DNA from: Escherichia coli
Lineage (GTDB): Bacteria; Pseudomonadota; Gammaproteobacteria; Enterobacterales; Enterobacteriaceae
DNA: 64,000 nt
Strand: one strand, 5' to 3'
Assembly (NCBI RefSeq): GCF_016026235.1
Contig: NZ_CP065613.1
Shown here: positions 1-11,027 of the stretch, piece by piece
How the letters are laid out: each line of letters begins with the position of its first letter
Position numbering within the stretch: position 1 is the stretch's first letter
The notes under the pieces: generated by a model
Database searches by the model: none
Told to the model about the DNA's origin: nothing
What the model saw: the letters and a program-made list of their open reading frames with translations, nothing else
Translations under genes and position numbers: made by a program

Positions 1-724
1 GACGCTTAAACATATTGCCGAACGATTCAGCTGAGGCATAGCCCAGACGATGGGCAATTTTGGTCAACGAATATCCATCATCAAGAAGCGTCACTGCAGA
101 AATAACGTGCATTTGCTGAACCCAGTGGCGAAATGTTAATCCCGTCTCTTTAACAAATAAGCGCATGAGTGTACGGCTACTGACGTTAATTTTATCCGCT
201 AGATTATCCAGTGTTGGCAGATACCCTTGGTTGTTTAGCAAATTCTCACAAAGCTGCTGTAGCCGCTCATCATTTGGCCAAGGGAGTTCAAGTGACATTT
301 TCACCCCCATTTTTATTTCCTGAAGTATCAGTGTCTCGAGGGCTGAAAAACGTAACTGTTGTTTATCTGTGGTACTTTGCGACGGTGGAAGTTGGTTAAT
401 TGCAATTAGTAATTCCCTTAACAGGGGTGAAATACCCGTCATGAAGCAAACTGTTCCCAGCGTTTCACTTTCCGCTTCTGAAACCAGTACGGTTTTTAAA
501 AGTACGTTGCCTGTCGCAACAAACTTATGCGGCATTTGTGGGGGCAGCCAAAGCGCGCTGCTGGCATGGACTCCAGCCCATACACGAACGACTCCTTCAG
601 CCGGGTAAAGCAACTGGGCATAGAGATGTTTATGCCAGGGAACTGTACCTCCATTCAGATGTTCCGAATCCAGTCCGATAATGTGATGCCCTGGTGATGC
701 TTTGGGTTGCAGTATAATTGTCAT
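1..724 (-). CDS. AraC/XylS-family transcriptional regulator; C-terminus cut by the window edge
   Basis: Absent from the ORF track because there is no stop in the window. Manual minus-strand translation from the ATG at 724-722 gives MTIILQPKASPGHHIIGLD...WLPPQMPHKFVATG (cupin-like), then LADKINVSSRTLMRLFVKETGLTFRHWVQQMHV...KIAHRLGYASAESFGNMFKR (AraC HTH). It is divergent from the HlyD/MFS pair. Confidence 0.8.
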   Translation of the reverse strand, partial: MTIILQPKASPGHHIIGLDSEHLNGGTVPWHKHLYAQLLYPAEGVVRVWAGVHASSALWLPPQMPHKFVATGNVLLKTVLVSEAESETLGTVCFMTGISPLLRELLIAINQLPPSQSTTDKQQLRFSALETLILQEIKMGVKMSLELPWPNDERLQQLCENLLNNQGYLPTLDNLADKINVSSRTLMRLFVKETGLTFRHWVQQMHVISAVTLLDDGYSLTKIAHRLGYASAESFGNMFKR

Positions 725-817
725 TTACAGTAGGTATTTTGTCAGAAATCATCAAATAAGCCATGTTAAATTTTAAATATGACGTATGCAAGTTTCCGGA
801 TATATACGGTGTAAAGA

Positions 818-1849
818 GTGATGATAATTTCTAAAAAACAGCTTATTGGGGTGGTAGCGATCGGTATTCTTTTGACTGGCGTTGTCTTTTTTATCTGGTG
901 GGTAAGCAAAGGAAGATTTATACAGACGACGGATGATGCTTACATTGGTGGTAATATCACCACGGTGGCAAGTAAAGTTTCTGGTTATATTTCTGCTATA
1001 GAGGTGCGCGATAATCAGAGCGTAAAAAAAGGCGATATTATCCTGCGTCTCGATGATCGGGATTATCGTGCAAATGTCGCCAGGCTTGAGGCAAAAATAA
1101 AAAGTAGCAAAGCCAATCTCGAAGGCATTCAAGCCACTATTGCGATGCAGCAGTCGATAATTCAAAGTGCCAGTGAAACATGGCAGGCAGTAAAACATGA
1201 GGAGCAAAAGCGCCTGCGAGATACTGAACGTTATGAAAAACTCGCACAATCAGCGGCAATATCGCAACAAATTATTGATAACGCCAGGTTTGACTACCAG
1301 CAGGTCGCAGCAAAGGAGCGCAAAGCCGCGAACGATTTCCTGGTGGAGAAGCAACGGCTGGCAGTTTTATCTGCTCAGGAAGAAAACGTACGTGCGAGTA
1401 TCGAAGAAGTTCAGGCCGCTTTGACTCAGGCACTACTGGATCTGGAATATACCCTTGTGCGTGCGCCGATTGATGGCATTGTCGCAAACCGCAGCGCCCA
1501 TACAGGCAGTTGGGTGGAAGGCGGCACATCGTTAGTTTCACTAGTACCAGTCAGTGAGTTGTGGGTTGATGCAAATTATAAAGAAAACCAAATAGCGGGA
1601 ATGAAGCCAGGAATGAAGGCTGAGATCCGTGCTGATATTCTCAAAGGGGAAGTGTTTCACGGTCACATTGAAAGCCTTTCCCCAGCGACAGGAGCCAGTT
1701 TCAGCTTGATTCCGATAGAAAATGCCACTGGCAATTTCACCAAAATTGTTCAGCGTGTCCCGGTACGGATTGCATTTGACGACGCAAAGGAATTAAAGCA
1801 ACTTCTTCGCCCGGGACTGTCCGTCACCGTCAGTGTTGATGAGAGATGA
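818..1849 (+). CDS. HlyD/EmrA-family membrane-fusion (periplasmic adaptor) protein
   Basis: 343-aa ORF with an N-terminal TM helix, a long coiled-coil middle and EmrA-like motifs (TDDAYIGGNITTVASKVSGYI, RAPIDGIVANR, NFTKIVQRVPVRI). ATGA start/stop overlap with the downstream MFS gene. Confidence 0.85.
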   Translation: MMIISKKQLIGVVAIGILLTGVVFFIWWVSKGRFIQTTDDAYIGGNITTVASKVSGYISAIEVRDNQSVKKGDIILRLDDRDYRANVARLEAKIKSSKANLEGIQATIAMQQSIIQSASETWQAVKHEEQKRLRDTERYEKLAQSAAISQQIIDNARFDYQQVAAKERKAANDFLVEKQRLAVLSAQEENVRASIEEVQAALTQALLDLEYTLVRAPIDGIVANRSAHTGSWVEGGTSLVSLVPVSELWVDANYKENQIAGMKPGMKAEIRADILKGEVFHGHIESLSPATGASFSLIPIENATGNFTKIVQRVPVRIAFDDAKELKQLLRPGLSVTVSVDER

Positions 1850-3359
1850 TGTCTATGCGTAAACATATTGCTTTCGCCAGTATGTGTATGGGATTATTTA
1901 TTGCTCAGCTTGATATTCAAATTGTATCGTCATCCCTAAATGAAATAGGTGGTGGTTTGTCCGCAGGTAAAGACGAAATGGCCTGGCTTCAGACCAGCTA
2001 TTTAATTGCTGAGATTATTGTTATTCCGCTCTCTGGGTGGCTGTCACGGGTATTTTCCACTCGTTGGCTTTTTACTCTATCCGCGGGAATATTTACTTTA
2101 ATGAGTATCGCGTGTGGACTTGCATGGAATATTCAGATCATGATTTTGTTTCGTGCTTTACAGGGAGCTGCTGGCGCATCCATGATCCCTTTAGTTTTCA
2201 CGACGGCGTTTATTTATTACCAGGGTAAAGAGTTGGGGTTGGCTGCTGCGGTAGTCAGTGCGCTGGCCTCACTGTCACCGACGCTAGGGCCAACTCTGGG
2301 GGGCTGGATCACTGATAACCTCGACTGGCGATGGCTATTTTATATCAATATATTACCTGGCATATATTTAGTTTTGAGTATTCCTTTTCTGGTTAATTTT
2401 GATAAACCTGATCTCTCTTTACTGAAAGTTGCTGATTATCCGAGTATTATCCTGTTGGCCATGACTCTGGGATGTCTGGAATATACCCTTGAAGAAGGAG
2501 CGCGCTGGGGATGGCTGGATGATAATACTATTTTGCTGACATCAGTTCTGGCATTGGTGAGTTTTATTTTATTTGCTGCGCGTACACTTACAATATCCAA
2601 TCCGATAATGGATCTTCATGCTTTTAAGGATAAAAATTTCACTCTGGGATGTTTTTTTTCTTTTTCTGGAGGGGTTGGGATATTCTCTACTGTATATTTA
2701 ATACCTGTGTTTTTGGGGCAGATTCGCGGATTAAATGCCGAAGAGATAGGTTTTGCCGTTTGCACAACAGGTATTTTCCAGTTATTTTCTGTTCCCTTTT
2801 ACTTCTGGTTAAGTAAAAAAATAAATCTGCGATGGCTGTTGATGGCGGGGCTGGGCGGATTTGTGTTTTCAATGTATCTTTTTACCCCTATAACCCACGA
2901 ATGGGGATGGCAGGAATTACTGTTTCCACAGGCAATTAGAGGGATTTCGCAGCAGTTTGCGATGGCCCCATCGTAACATTAACGCTAGGGGGAATTCCAA
3001 AAGAACGGCTGAAGTTAGCCTCTGGTGTATTTAATTTAACACGTAATCTTGGGGGCGCGATTGGTATTGCCCTGTGTGGCTCTATTCTCAATAATCGAAC
3101 TAATTTTCATTTTTCGCGAATGGGTGAAAAAATGGTTTCTGTTCCCCATACGGTGAATGACTTCATTTCCAGAAGTGCTTTATTTTTTAATCGCAGTGGA
3201 AGTGACCAGACATCGGAAATACTGGCTTCAACCAAATTATTGAGTCAATTGATGCTGAGGGAGGCGCAAACTATGGCATTTTCGGATACCTTTCTGCTAA
3301 TCAGTGGTCTGTTATTTATCGCATTTTTGTTGGTTCCTGCTATGAATAAATCATCCTGA
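1846..3359 (+). pseudogene. EmrB/QacA-type MFS efflux permease, disrupted by a frameshift
   Basis: Polytopic 376-aa ORF (1846-2976) ends at ...QQFAMAPS*. The protein continues in another frame from 2973 (VTLTLGGIPKERLKLASGVFNLTRNLGGAIGIALCG...) to the stop at 3359. Restoring one C in the C4 run at 2966-2969 joins the two frames. Confidence 0.8.
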
Positions 3360-3553
3360 TCGGAGCCTGTGCTGAATTAAACTCGGGCTAAACTGTTCGA
3401 TACTGCTAACAGGCTAGTATAAAATGCCCCGCCTGCGCAGATACTCACAGGTATGAAGTAGAGTATTGTTTCAATCTGTGAAGGGAACGATGCAGTAAGT
3501 ATGAACAATTAACCCGTCTGAATCACGACGTGTGAAGGTGCATAGGAGGTTAC

Positions 3554-4117
3554 ATGAACCTTGACGACAAATCGCTGTTTCTTGACGCCATGGAAGATGT
3601 CCAGCCGCTGAAACGAGCTACAGATGTCCACTGGCATCCAACGCGTAACCAACGTGCGCCGCAGCGTATCGACACGCTGCAGCTTGATAATTTCCTCACC
3701 ACCGGATTTCTCGACATCATCCCGCTAAGTCAGCCGCTGGAGTTTCGGCGGGAAGGGTTGCAACATGGGGTGCTGGATAAGCTGCGCAGTGGTAAATATC
3801 CGCAACAGGCGAGCCTGAATCTTTTGCGCCAGCCGGTGGAAGAGTGCCGCAAAATGGTGTTCAGTTTCATTCAACAAGCCCTGGCGGATGGTTTGCGTAA
3901 TGTGCTGATTATTCATGGTAAAGGGCGGGAAGATAAATCGCATGCCAATATTGTCCGCAGCTATGTGGCGCGCTGGCTGACCGAATTTGATGATGTTCAG
4001 GCATATTGCACCGCGCTACCGCATCATGGCGGCAGCGGGGCGTGTTACGTCGCACTACGTAAAACGGCGCAGGCGAAGCAAGAAAACTGGGAGCGCCACG
4101 CTAAGCGCAGTCGTTGA
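3554..4117 (+). CDS. smrA: SmrA (YdaL), Smr-domain DNA endonuclease
   Basis: 187-aa ORF MNLDDKSLFLDAMEDVQPLK... with C-terminal Smr motif LIIHGKG. GGAGG RBS 6 nt upstream. Position next to dgcM matches K-12. Confidence 0.9.
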   Translation: MNLDDKSLFLDAMEDVQPLKRATDVHWHPTRNQRAPQRIDTLQLDNFLTTGFLDIIPLSQPLEFRREGLQHGVLDKLRSGKYPQQASLNLLRQPVEECRKMVFSFIQQALADGLRNVLIIHGKGREDKSHANIVRSYVARWLTEFDDVQAYCTALPHHGGSGACYVALRKTAQAKQENWERHAKRSR

Positions 4118-4137
4118 TCTCGAGACGCATCCGCGGC

Positions 4138-5370
4138 TTATGCCGCCAGCACGCGGTTGCGTCCATCATTTTTCGCCCGATACAAAGCATCATCAACGCG
4201 TTTAAACAGTTCATCGATGCTTTCATTTCCTTCGTGATGCGCCACACCAATGCTGACGGTAAAGCGTGGTAAGCCCGAAATACTCACTTTTGCCACGCTT
4301 ACGCGGATAGTTTCAGCCAGCGAAAGCGCGGTATCCAGTGGGGTTCTTGGTAGCAATAAGACAAACTCTTCGCCTCCCCAACGAAACACCAAATCGCCTT
4401 TGCGAGCGCAACTTTCGAGGGTGCGGGCGAGGGCGCATAACACCTCATCACCTTTAGAATGCCCATAGAGATCGTTAATGTGTTTAAAACGATCGGTGTC
4501 GATGAGCAACAAGCTGTAATCCTGAGCGATGGCGAGATGCTGCATTTGGCCTGGCTCGGTAATGTGATAAAACTGTCGCCGATTCAGTAATCCGGTCATC
4601 GCGTCATGGTGAGCAGCATGTTCCAGCTGCTCCTCCAGCCGTTTTTGCTCAGTAATATCATGCACAATACATAACATGAGCTTGTCGCCATAAATTTCAA
4701 TCGGTCCGGCATAGGTCTGCACATGACGAGTAGATCCATCCGCCAGTTTATGAACAAAATTCAAAGGTTTATGACCGCCGGGTAAATGCGAAATTTCATG
4801 CATGATAGGCATGACGCGACGCCCGAGCATATTTATTTCCCAGGTATGTTTCTGGCACATCGTTTCATGGTTATAACCATAGAAATTGAGCGCGGCGAGG
4901 TTAGCATCGACGATTTGTCCATCTCGTGACGGGTCAATCAACAACATTGGTGCAGAGTTAGTCAGAAAAAAGCGCGCATAAAAACCTTGTTTTTTGCGCT
5001 GATAATTTGCCGAGCGACTGGCTTTTAAACCCAGCGTTGCCGGCGCTTCGATACCTTCGAAAATAATCACCGGTTCTGTTTCTGTCAGCTCTCGCAAAAC
5101 AAGCCGACAGCTTAATGCTGTTTCCTCTTCTTTACGCTGAACAGTGAGGATTTCGATAATATCGTGTTGGTTTTGCAGATCGGAGAGGTATTTCGGCAGT
5201 TCTTTTTGTGAGGAGACGGAATAGGGACCGGTTCGTAGCTGACTAAACGTGAGGTCTTGCATCAACAGTCGCGCCGCGCTATTGGCATAAATTAACTGTT
5301 CCTCAAAGGGCGAAACGATCCAGACAGGACTGGTGAGTAAGTCCAGGGTATTGAAGTTGTGCGTAATCAT
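4138..5370 (-). CDS. dgcM: Diguanylate cyclase DgcM (YdaM), PAS-PAS-GGDEF
   Basis: The ORF track gives 430 aa. The remembered K-12 protein starts MITHNFNTLDLL (410 aa), so the start is placed at 5370. GGEEF motif present (RWGGEEFVLLL). Confidence 0.9.
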   Translation of the reverse strand: MITHNFNTLDLLTSPVWIVSPFEEQLIYANSAARLLMQDLTFSQLRTGPYSVSSQKELPKYLSDLQNQHDIIEILTVQRKEEETALSCRLVLRELTETEPVIIFEGIEAPATLGLKASRSANYQRKKQGFYARFFLTNSAPMLLIDPSRDGQIVDANLAALNFYGYNHETMCQKHTWEINMLGRRVMPIMHEISHLPGGHKPLNFVHKLADGSTRHVQTYAGPIEIYGDKLMLCIVHDITEQKRLEEQLEHAAHHDAMTGLLNRRQFYHITEPGQMQHLAIAQDYSLLLIDTDRFKHINDLYGHSKGDEVLCALARTLESCARKGDLVFRWGGEEFVLLLPRTPLDTALSLAETIRVSVAKVSISGLPRFTVSIGVAHHEGNESIDELFKRVDDALYRAKNDGRNRVLAA

Positions 5371-5603
5371 TGAGATCCCATTATTTTTATCAATTTTTGT
5401 TGCTATCCGATCGCAAAAAAGCCACGTCATATGATCAGATAATTCTGATAATGATAGACGCTATTTAACACTTCACACGGTTTGTATACGGAAAAGCATT
5501 TTGCTTTTTGTATTCAATTTAGACAGAATTTTATTAATCATTTCAGGGTAATGGGGTGATGAGATGTTGCGTAACAGGGCCAGAAGGCTAGACTACAAAA
5601 TAA

Positions 5604-6608
<1,005 letters not shown>

Positions 6609-6654
6609 CAAAAGCAATTTTTCCGGCTATCTGTATACAAAAACGCCGCAAAGT

Positions 6655-6668
6655 TTGAGCGAAGTCAA
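6655..6668 (+). promoter_or_regulatory. FNR box (TTGAG-N4-GTCAA) of the fnrS promoter
   Basis: TTGAGCGAAGTCAA is centred about 42 bp upstream of the FnrS 5' end. It matches the TTGAT-N4-ATCAA consensus at 8/10 half-site positions. Confidence 0.75.
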
Positions 6669-6703
6669 TAAACTCTCTACCCATTCAGGGCAATATCTCT
6701 CTT

Positions 6704-6825
6704 GCAGGTGAATGCAACGTCAAGCGATGGGCGTTGCGCTCCATATTGTCTTACTTCCTTTTTTGAATTACTGCATAGCACAATTGATTCGTACGACGCC
6801 GACTTTGATGAGTCGGCTTTTTTTT
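6704..6825 (+). ncRNA. fnrS: FnrS small RNA
   Basis: GCAGGTGAATGCAACGTCAAGCGATGGGCGTTGCGCTCCATATTGTCTTACTTCC...GCCGACTTTGATGAGTCGGCTTTTTTTT matches the remembered 122-nt K-12 FnrS. It ends in an intrinsic terminator and lies between zntB and dbpA. Confidence 0.9.
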
Positions 6826-6882
6826 GCCTGTTATTTATCAGCGTCTACCCTTTAAGAGTCCACCCAATGACCGGAGGGAAAT

Positions 6883-7053
6883 ATGACGACACTTATTTAT
6901 TTGCAAATTCCTGTCCCTGAACCGATTCCTGGCGATCCTGTTCCAGTGCCCGATCCGATCCCTCGCCCGCAACCCATGCCTGACCCACCACCCGATGAAG
7001 AACCGATTAAATTGTCGCATCGTGAGCGTAGATCTGCGAGGATACGCGCCTGA
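6883..7053 (+). CDS. Small proline-rich protein (56 aa), below the ORF-track length cutoff
   Basis: GGAGGG RBS 6 nt upstream of the ATG. Translation: MTTLIYLQIPVPEPIPGDPVPVPDPIPRPQPMPDPPPDEEPIKLSHRERRSARIRA*. Coding status is not proven. Confidence 0.45.
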   Translation: MTTLIYLQIPVPEPIPGDPVPVPDPIPRPQPMPDPPPDEEPIKLSHRERRSARIRA

Positions 7054-7085
7054 TGACTTTGCGTCGATGACCACGAGAATAGATT

Positions 7086-8459
7086 GTGACCGCTTTTTCT
7101 ACCCTGAATGTTTTGCCTCCCGCCCAACTCACGAACCTTAATGAGTTGGGTTATTTAACCATGACGCCGGTGCAGGCCGCCGCGCTTCCGGCGATCCTTG
7201 CCGGAAAAGATGTTCGCGTGCAGGCGAAAACTGGCAGCGGCAAAACGGCGGCTTTTGGCCTCGGCTTGTTACAGCAAATTGATGCGTCGCTATTTCAAAC
7301 CCAGGCTTTAGTGCTGTGTCCTACGCGTGAACTGGCGGATCAGGTGGCAGGTGAATTGCGTCGGCTGGCGCGTTTTCTGCCAAATACCAAAATTTTGACG
7401 TTGTGCGGTGGTCAACCGTTCGGTATGCAGCGTGATTCGTTGCAACATGCGCCGCATATTATCGTGGCAACGCCGGGGCGTTTGCTGGATCACCTGCAAA
7501 AAGGCACGGTATCACTGGATGCGTTGAATACGCTGGTGATGGATGAGGCCGACCGCATGCTGGATATGGGATTTAGCGATGCCATTGATGATGTCATCCG
7601 TTTTGCGCCAGCATCTCGACAGACGCTTCTGTTTTCGGCAACCTGGCCGGAAGCCATCGCTGCAATCAGCGGACGAGTGCAACGCGATCCTTTGGCGATT
7701 GAAATTGACTCAACAGATGCTTTGCCACCCATTGAACAACAATTTTATGAGACATCCAGCAAAGGCAAAATTCCTCTGTTGCAACGGTTATTAAGCTTGC
7801 ATCAGCCATCCTCTTGCGTGGTGTTTTGCAATACCAAAAAAGATTGTCAGGCTGTCTGCGACGCGCTGAATGAAGTAGGGCAAAGTGCATTGTCGTTACA
7901 CGGCGATCTGGAGCAACGCGATCGCGATCAGACCCTGGTACGTTTTGCTAACGGTAGCGCCCGTGTACTGGTCGCGACTGATGTTGCTGCGCGTGGTCTG
8001 GATATAAAATCGCTTGAGCTGGTGGTGAACTTTGAGCTGGCGTGGGACCCTGAAGTTCATGTACATCGCATCGGCCGTACAGCTCGTGCAGGAAATAGCG
8101 GTCTGGCGATCAGTTTCTGTGCTCCGGAAGAAGCACAGCGGGCCAATATCATTTCTGACATGTTGCAGATAAAACTTAACTGGCAAACACCGCCAGTTAA
8201 TAGTTCCATTGTGCCGCTGGAAGCAGAAATGGCAACGTTGTGTATCGATGGCGGGAAAAAAGCCAAAATGCGCCCGGGTGATGTATTAGGTGCACTGACA
8301 GGAGATATCGGGCTTGATGGCGCAGATATTGGCAAAATCGCCGTGCATCCGGCGCATGTCTATGTCGCGGTCCGTCAGGCTGTTGCTCATAAAGCATGGA
8401 AACAGTTACAGGGCGGGAAGATTAAAGGAAAAACGTGCCGGGTGCGGTTATTAAAATAA
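7086..8459 (+). CDS. dbpA: ATP-dependent RNA helicase DbpA (DEAD box)
   Basis: 457-aa ORF with a GTG start. Motifs AKTGSGKT, DEAD (VMDEADRM), SAT and HRIGRTAR, plus a C-terminal RNA-binding domain. Confidence 0.93.
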   Translation: MTAFSTLNVLPPAQLTNLNELGYLTMTPVQAAALPAILAGKDVRVQAKTGSGKTAAFGLGLLQQIDASLFQTQALVLCPTRELADQVAGELRRLARFLPNTKILTLCGGQPFGMQRDSLQHAPHIIVATPGRLLDHLQKGTVSLDALNTLVMDEADRMLDMGFSDAIDDVIRFAPASRQTLLFSATWPEAIAAISGRVQRDPLAIEIDSTDALPPIEQQFYETSSKGKIPLLQRLLSLHQPSSCVVFCNTKKDCQAVCDALNEVGQSALSLHGDLEQRDRDQTLVRFANGSARVLVATDVAARGLDIKSLELVVNFELAWDPEVHVHRIGRTARAGNSGLAISFCAPEEAQRANIISDMLQIKLNWQTPPVNSSIVPLEAEMATLCIDGGKKAKMRPGDVLGALTGDIGLDGADIGKIAVHPAHVYVAVRQAVAHKAWKQLQGGKIKGKTCRVRLLK

Positions 8460-8507
8460 TGAAATGTTGAATTGCCGGGTGCAAGAGTAAACATCTTATT
8501 CGGGATT

Positions 8508-8577
8508 GCCGGATGCGACGCTGGCCGCGTCTTATCCGGCCTCCATAAGAGTAGCCCGATACGCTTGCGCATCGGGC
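8508..8577. repeat. REP/BIME-type extragenic palindromes
   Basis: GCCGGATGCGACGCTGGCCGCGTCTTATCCGGC followed by GCCCGATACGCTTGCGCATCGGGC, between the convergent dbpA and ttcA genes. Confidence 0.8.
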
Positions 8578-8587
8578 GCTATCCTGG

Positions 8588-9523
8588 TTATTTCACTTCA
8601 ACCACATTCAGCCGTAACTCATCCAACTGATTTTCATCTTCTTCTGGCTGCCAGCCCGCCGGTTGTAGTGGGATCTCTTCGCGATCAAACGCCAGATCAC
8701 CCCCGTTAACCACTTCAGAACCGTGGGTGATGCCTTTGAAATCGAACAGGTTGGTATCGCACAGATGCGACGGCACCACATTCTGCATCGCGCTGAACAT
8801 CGTCTCGATACGCCCTGGATAACGTTTATCCCAGTCCCGCAACATGTCAGCAATCACCTGACGTTGCAGGTTAGGCTGTGAACCGCACAGGTTGCACGGA
8901 ATAATCGGGAACGCTTTTGCATCGGCAAATCGCTGAATATCTTTCTCGCGGCAGTAGGCCAGCGGACGAATAACGATATGTTTGCCATCATCGCTCATCA
9001 GTTTCGGAGGCATACCTTTCATCTTGCCGCCGTAGAACATATTTAAGAACAACGTTTGCAGGATATCGTCACGATGGTGGCCCAACGCGATCTTCGTCGC
9101 CCCCAGTTCCGTTGCGGTGCGATAAAGGATACCGCGACGTAGCCGAGAACACAGTGAGCAAGTGGTTTTGCCCTCTGGAATCTTCTCTTTCACGATACCG
9201 TAAGTGTTCTCTTCAACAATCTTGTACTCAACGCCCAGCTTTTCAAGATACTCGGGCAGAACGTGTTCCGGGAAGCCCGGTTGCTTTTGATCGAGGTTAA
9301 CAGCCACCAGCGAAAAATTGATTGGCGCGCTTTGCTGCAAATTGCGCAGAATCTCCAGCATGGTATAGCTGTCTTTACCCCCGGAGAGGCAAACCATGAT
9401 GCGATCGCCTTCTTCAATCATATTGAAGTCAGCAATGGCTTCGCCCACGTTACGACGCAGACGTTTTTGTAATTTGTTCAGATTGTATTGTTCTTTCTTT
9501 GTAATTTGTTGATTTTCTTGCAT
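8588..9523 (-). CDS. ttcA: tRNA 2-thiocytidine(32) synthetase TtcA; first codons supplied by the prophage
   Basis: 311-aa [27 protein letters not shown]...CLSGGKDS (PP-loop). The att core covers roughly codons 9-17. Everything upstream of 9499, including the promoter, is prophage DNA. Confidence 0.92.
   Translation of the reverse strand: MQENQQITKKEQYNLNKLQKRLRRNVGEAIADFNMIEEGDRIMVCLSGGKDSYTMLEILRNLQQSAPINFSLVAVNLDQKQPGFPEHVLPEYLEKLGVEYKIVEENTYGIVKEKIPEGKTTCSLCSRLRRGILYRTATELGATKIALGHHRDDILQTLFLNMFYGGKMKGMPPKLMSDDGKHIVIRPLAYCREKDIQRFADAKAFPIIPCNLCGSQPNLQRQVIADMLRDWDKRYPGRIETMFSAMQNVVPSHLCDTNLFDFKGITHGSEVVNGGDLAFDREEIPLQPAGWQPEEDENQLDELRLNVVEVK
9474..9499. repeat. attL core (TTGTTCAGATTGTATTGTTCTTTCTT)
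   Basis: Identical 26-mer at 57929-57954. The flanking sequences remain similar but diverged (ttcA 5' end versus the phage-borne mimic). Confidence 0.85.
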
Positions 9524-9547
9524 TATTTCAGTTCTCTGGTACTAAAT

Positions 9548-9566
9548 GGGGCAAATTGGGGGCAAA
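9548..9566 (+). repeat. Two direct GGGGCAAA motifs in the int-proximal att arm (candidate arm-type Int sites)
   Basis: GGGGCAAA at 9548-9555 and 9559-9566, between the ttcA start and the int stop. The same octamer recurs three times near attR. Confidence 0.4.
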
Positions 9567-9574
9567 CTTTGCAA

Positions 9575-10810
9575 CTACGATAACCGCGCATTCAACATGG
9601 CTATCTGTTCGTCGTTCATGTCATCAATCCACATACCGTAAATTTCATACACCATTTGCGCAGTTTCATGCCCCATCTGGCTGGCTATAAATGCCGGGTT
9701 CGCTCCTGCCGTCAACAGCCAGCAGGCAAAAGTATGTCGCGTATGGTACGGATTACGGCGGCGAATACCAGCACGTTTTACTGCTGCATTCCATCTCGCA
9801 CCCAAACTGCTTACCGAGTAATAAGGTTTCTGTTTTCCGTTACACATCCTGGGCATGAAAACAAAATGCAGTTTTTGCTTTTCGGTTCTGCCGTACTCCC
9901 GATGATAAAAAGTGATTTCGCTTTTGCGATGATGCCCGGTCAGTTTGTATTGCTCCTTCAGTGCTTCAAGAGCTGGCTGTAGTAATGTTACCGTCCGGAT
10001 CCCGGCATTTGTTTTTGGGGGACCGAACATATCAAGTATCGTCAGGTTTCTTCTGACATTCACAATTCCCTTCTCGAAATCCACATCCTCCCACGCCAGA
10101 GCTGCCAGTTCCCCGTGACGAAGCCCGGAGTAAACGGCAAATTTCCACAAGTTTTGGCTCTGTCCTTTTTCACTTTCCATTAATGCATTGAATTCTGTTT
10201 TAGATAACGGGTCAGGCTTTATTCTGTTTCGCTGTAATTTTTTTACTCCTTCAAATGGTTTGGTTGATATAAATCCCGACTGATACGCAAAACGTAACAG
10301 CGAACAGAGCAGGGCGATATAGTTATCAACTGTGCGCACGGTTCTTCCTTTTTTGTTGGATCTTGGATTATCCAGGTAAAGCGTTTCTCCATGCAGCAGT
10401 TCATTCCGGTAGTTTAAGATATCGCTATAACGAATATATGATATCGGGGTACTTTCACAAATTATTATTCTGAGTGTTTTTAATTGTGATTTCGTTTTCT
10501 TCATTGTGTTTGTTGTTAACTCTGTCTCTTTAATTTTTGTCCAGATATCACAAAGCTCCCCGAACGTTTTTATGACTCTCGTTGTCACCATTTTTGCCCC
10601 AGTGCTGGACTGGGGAAAACGTCTTAAATACTCAAATTCACCGGAGTTTATTTCATGAACTATCAGCGCTCTTAAATTTCCGGCCTTTTTAATATTACTG
10701 TTTGTAATCTCCCAGCCTTTTAATGTTTCCCGACATCGTTTTCCTCGAAACATGAACCAGATGCGAATGTTTCTACCTCTAATCTCGACACCTGTTGGTA
10801 ATTTAGACAT
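9575..10810 (-). CDS. intR: Tyrosine integrase, Rac IntR-like
   Basis: 411-aa ORF MSKLPTGVEIRGRNIRIWFMFRGKRCRETL... with a C-terminal catalytic region (HGELAALAWEDV, HTRHTFACWLL, MGHETAQMVYEIYG). Adjacent to attL. Confidence 0.88.
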   Translation of the reverse strand: MSKLPTGVEIRGRNIRIWFMFRGKRCRETLKGWEITNSNIKKAGNLRALIVHEINSGEFEYLRRFPQSSTGAKMVTTRVIKTFGELCDIWTKIKETELTTNTMKKTKSQLKTLRIIICESTPISYIRYSDILNYRNELLHGETLYLDNPRSNKKGRTVRTVDNYIALLCSLLRFAYQSGFISTKPFEGVKKLQRNRIKPDPLSKTEFNALMESEKGQSQNLWKFAVYSGLRHGELAALAWEDVDFEKGIVNVRRNLTILDMFGPPKTNAGIRTVTLLQPALEALKEQYKLTGHHRKSEITFYHREYGRTEKQKLHFVFMPRMCNGKQKPYYSVSSLGARWNAAVKRAGIRRRNPYHTRHTFACWLLTAGANPAFIASQMGHETAQMVYEIYGMWIDDMNDEQIAMLNARLS

Positions 10811-10811
10811 A

Positions 10812-11027
10812 TCATGAGTCTTTGATAAACTGATTTATCTTTGGATAGTTGTACCAGATAATCCCTCGTTTGCTGTCTGGCTTACCTAAAGGAGATACTC
10901 GTTTGAAGTGGAAGCCCTCCACCCAACAGTTCTGGCGGTATGCTTCAATTTGTCTGGCCCCCAGACCAGTGCGAAGCATCAGGCCGTATTCAACCATCCA
11001 CTCTTCATTAAAGATTACTTGTGCCAT
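10812..11027 (-). CDS. xisR: Excisionase-like protein (XisR/YdaQ-like)
   Basis: Directly upstream of int. Start placed at [44 protein letters not shown]... (71 aa), the remembered YdaQ length. The ORF track extends 8 codons further. Confidence 0.65.
   Translation of the reverse strand: MAQVIFNEEWMVEYGLMLRTGLGARQIEAYRQNCWVEGFHFKRVSPLGKPDSKRGIIWYNYPKINQFIKDS

Noticed and set aside
773-1249. 158-aa minus-strand ORF
   Set aside because: Antisense to the HlyD-family gene. The real minus-strand gene in this area (AraC-type, 1-724) is in a different location.
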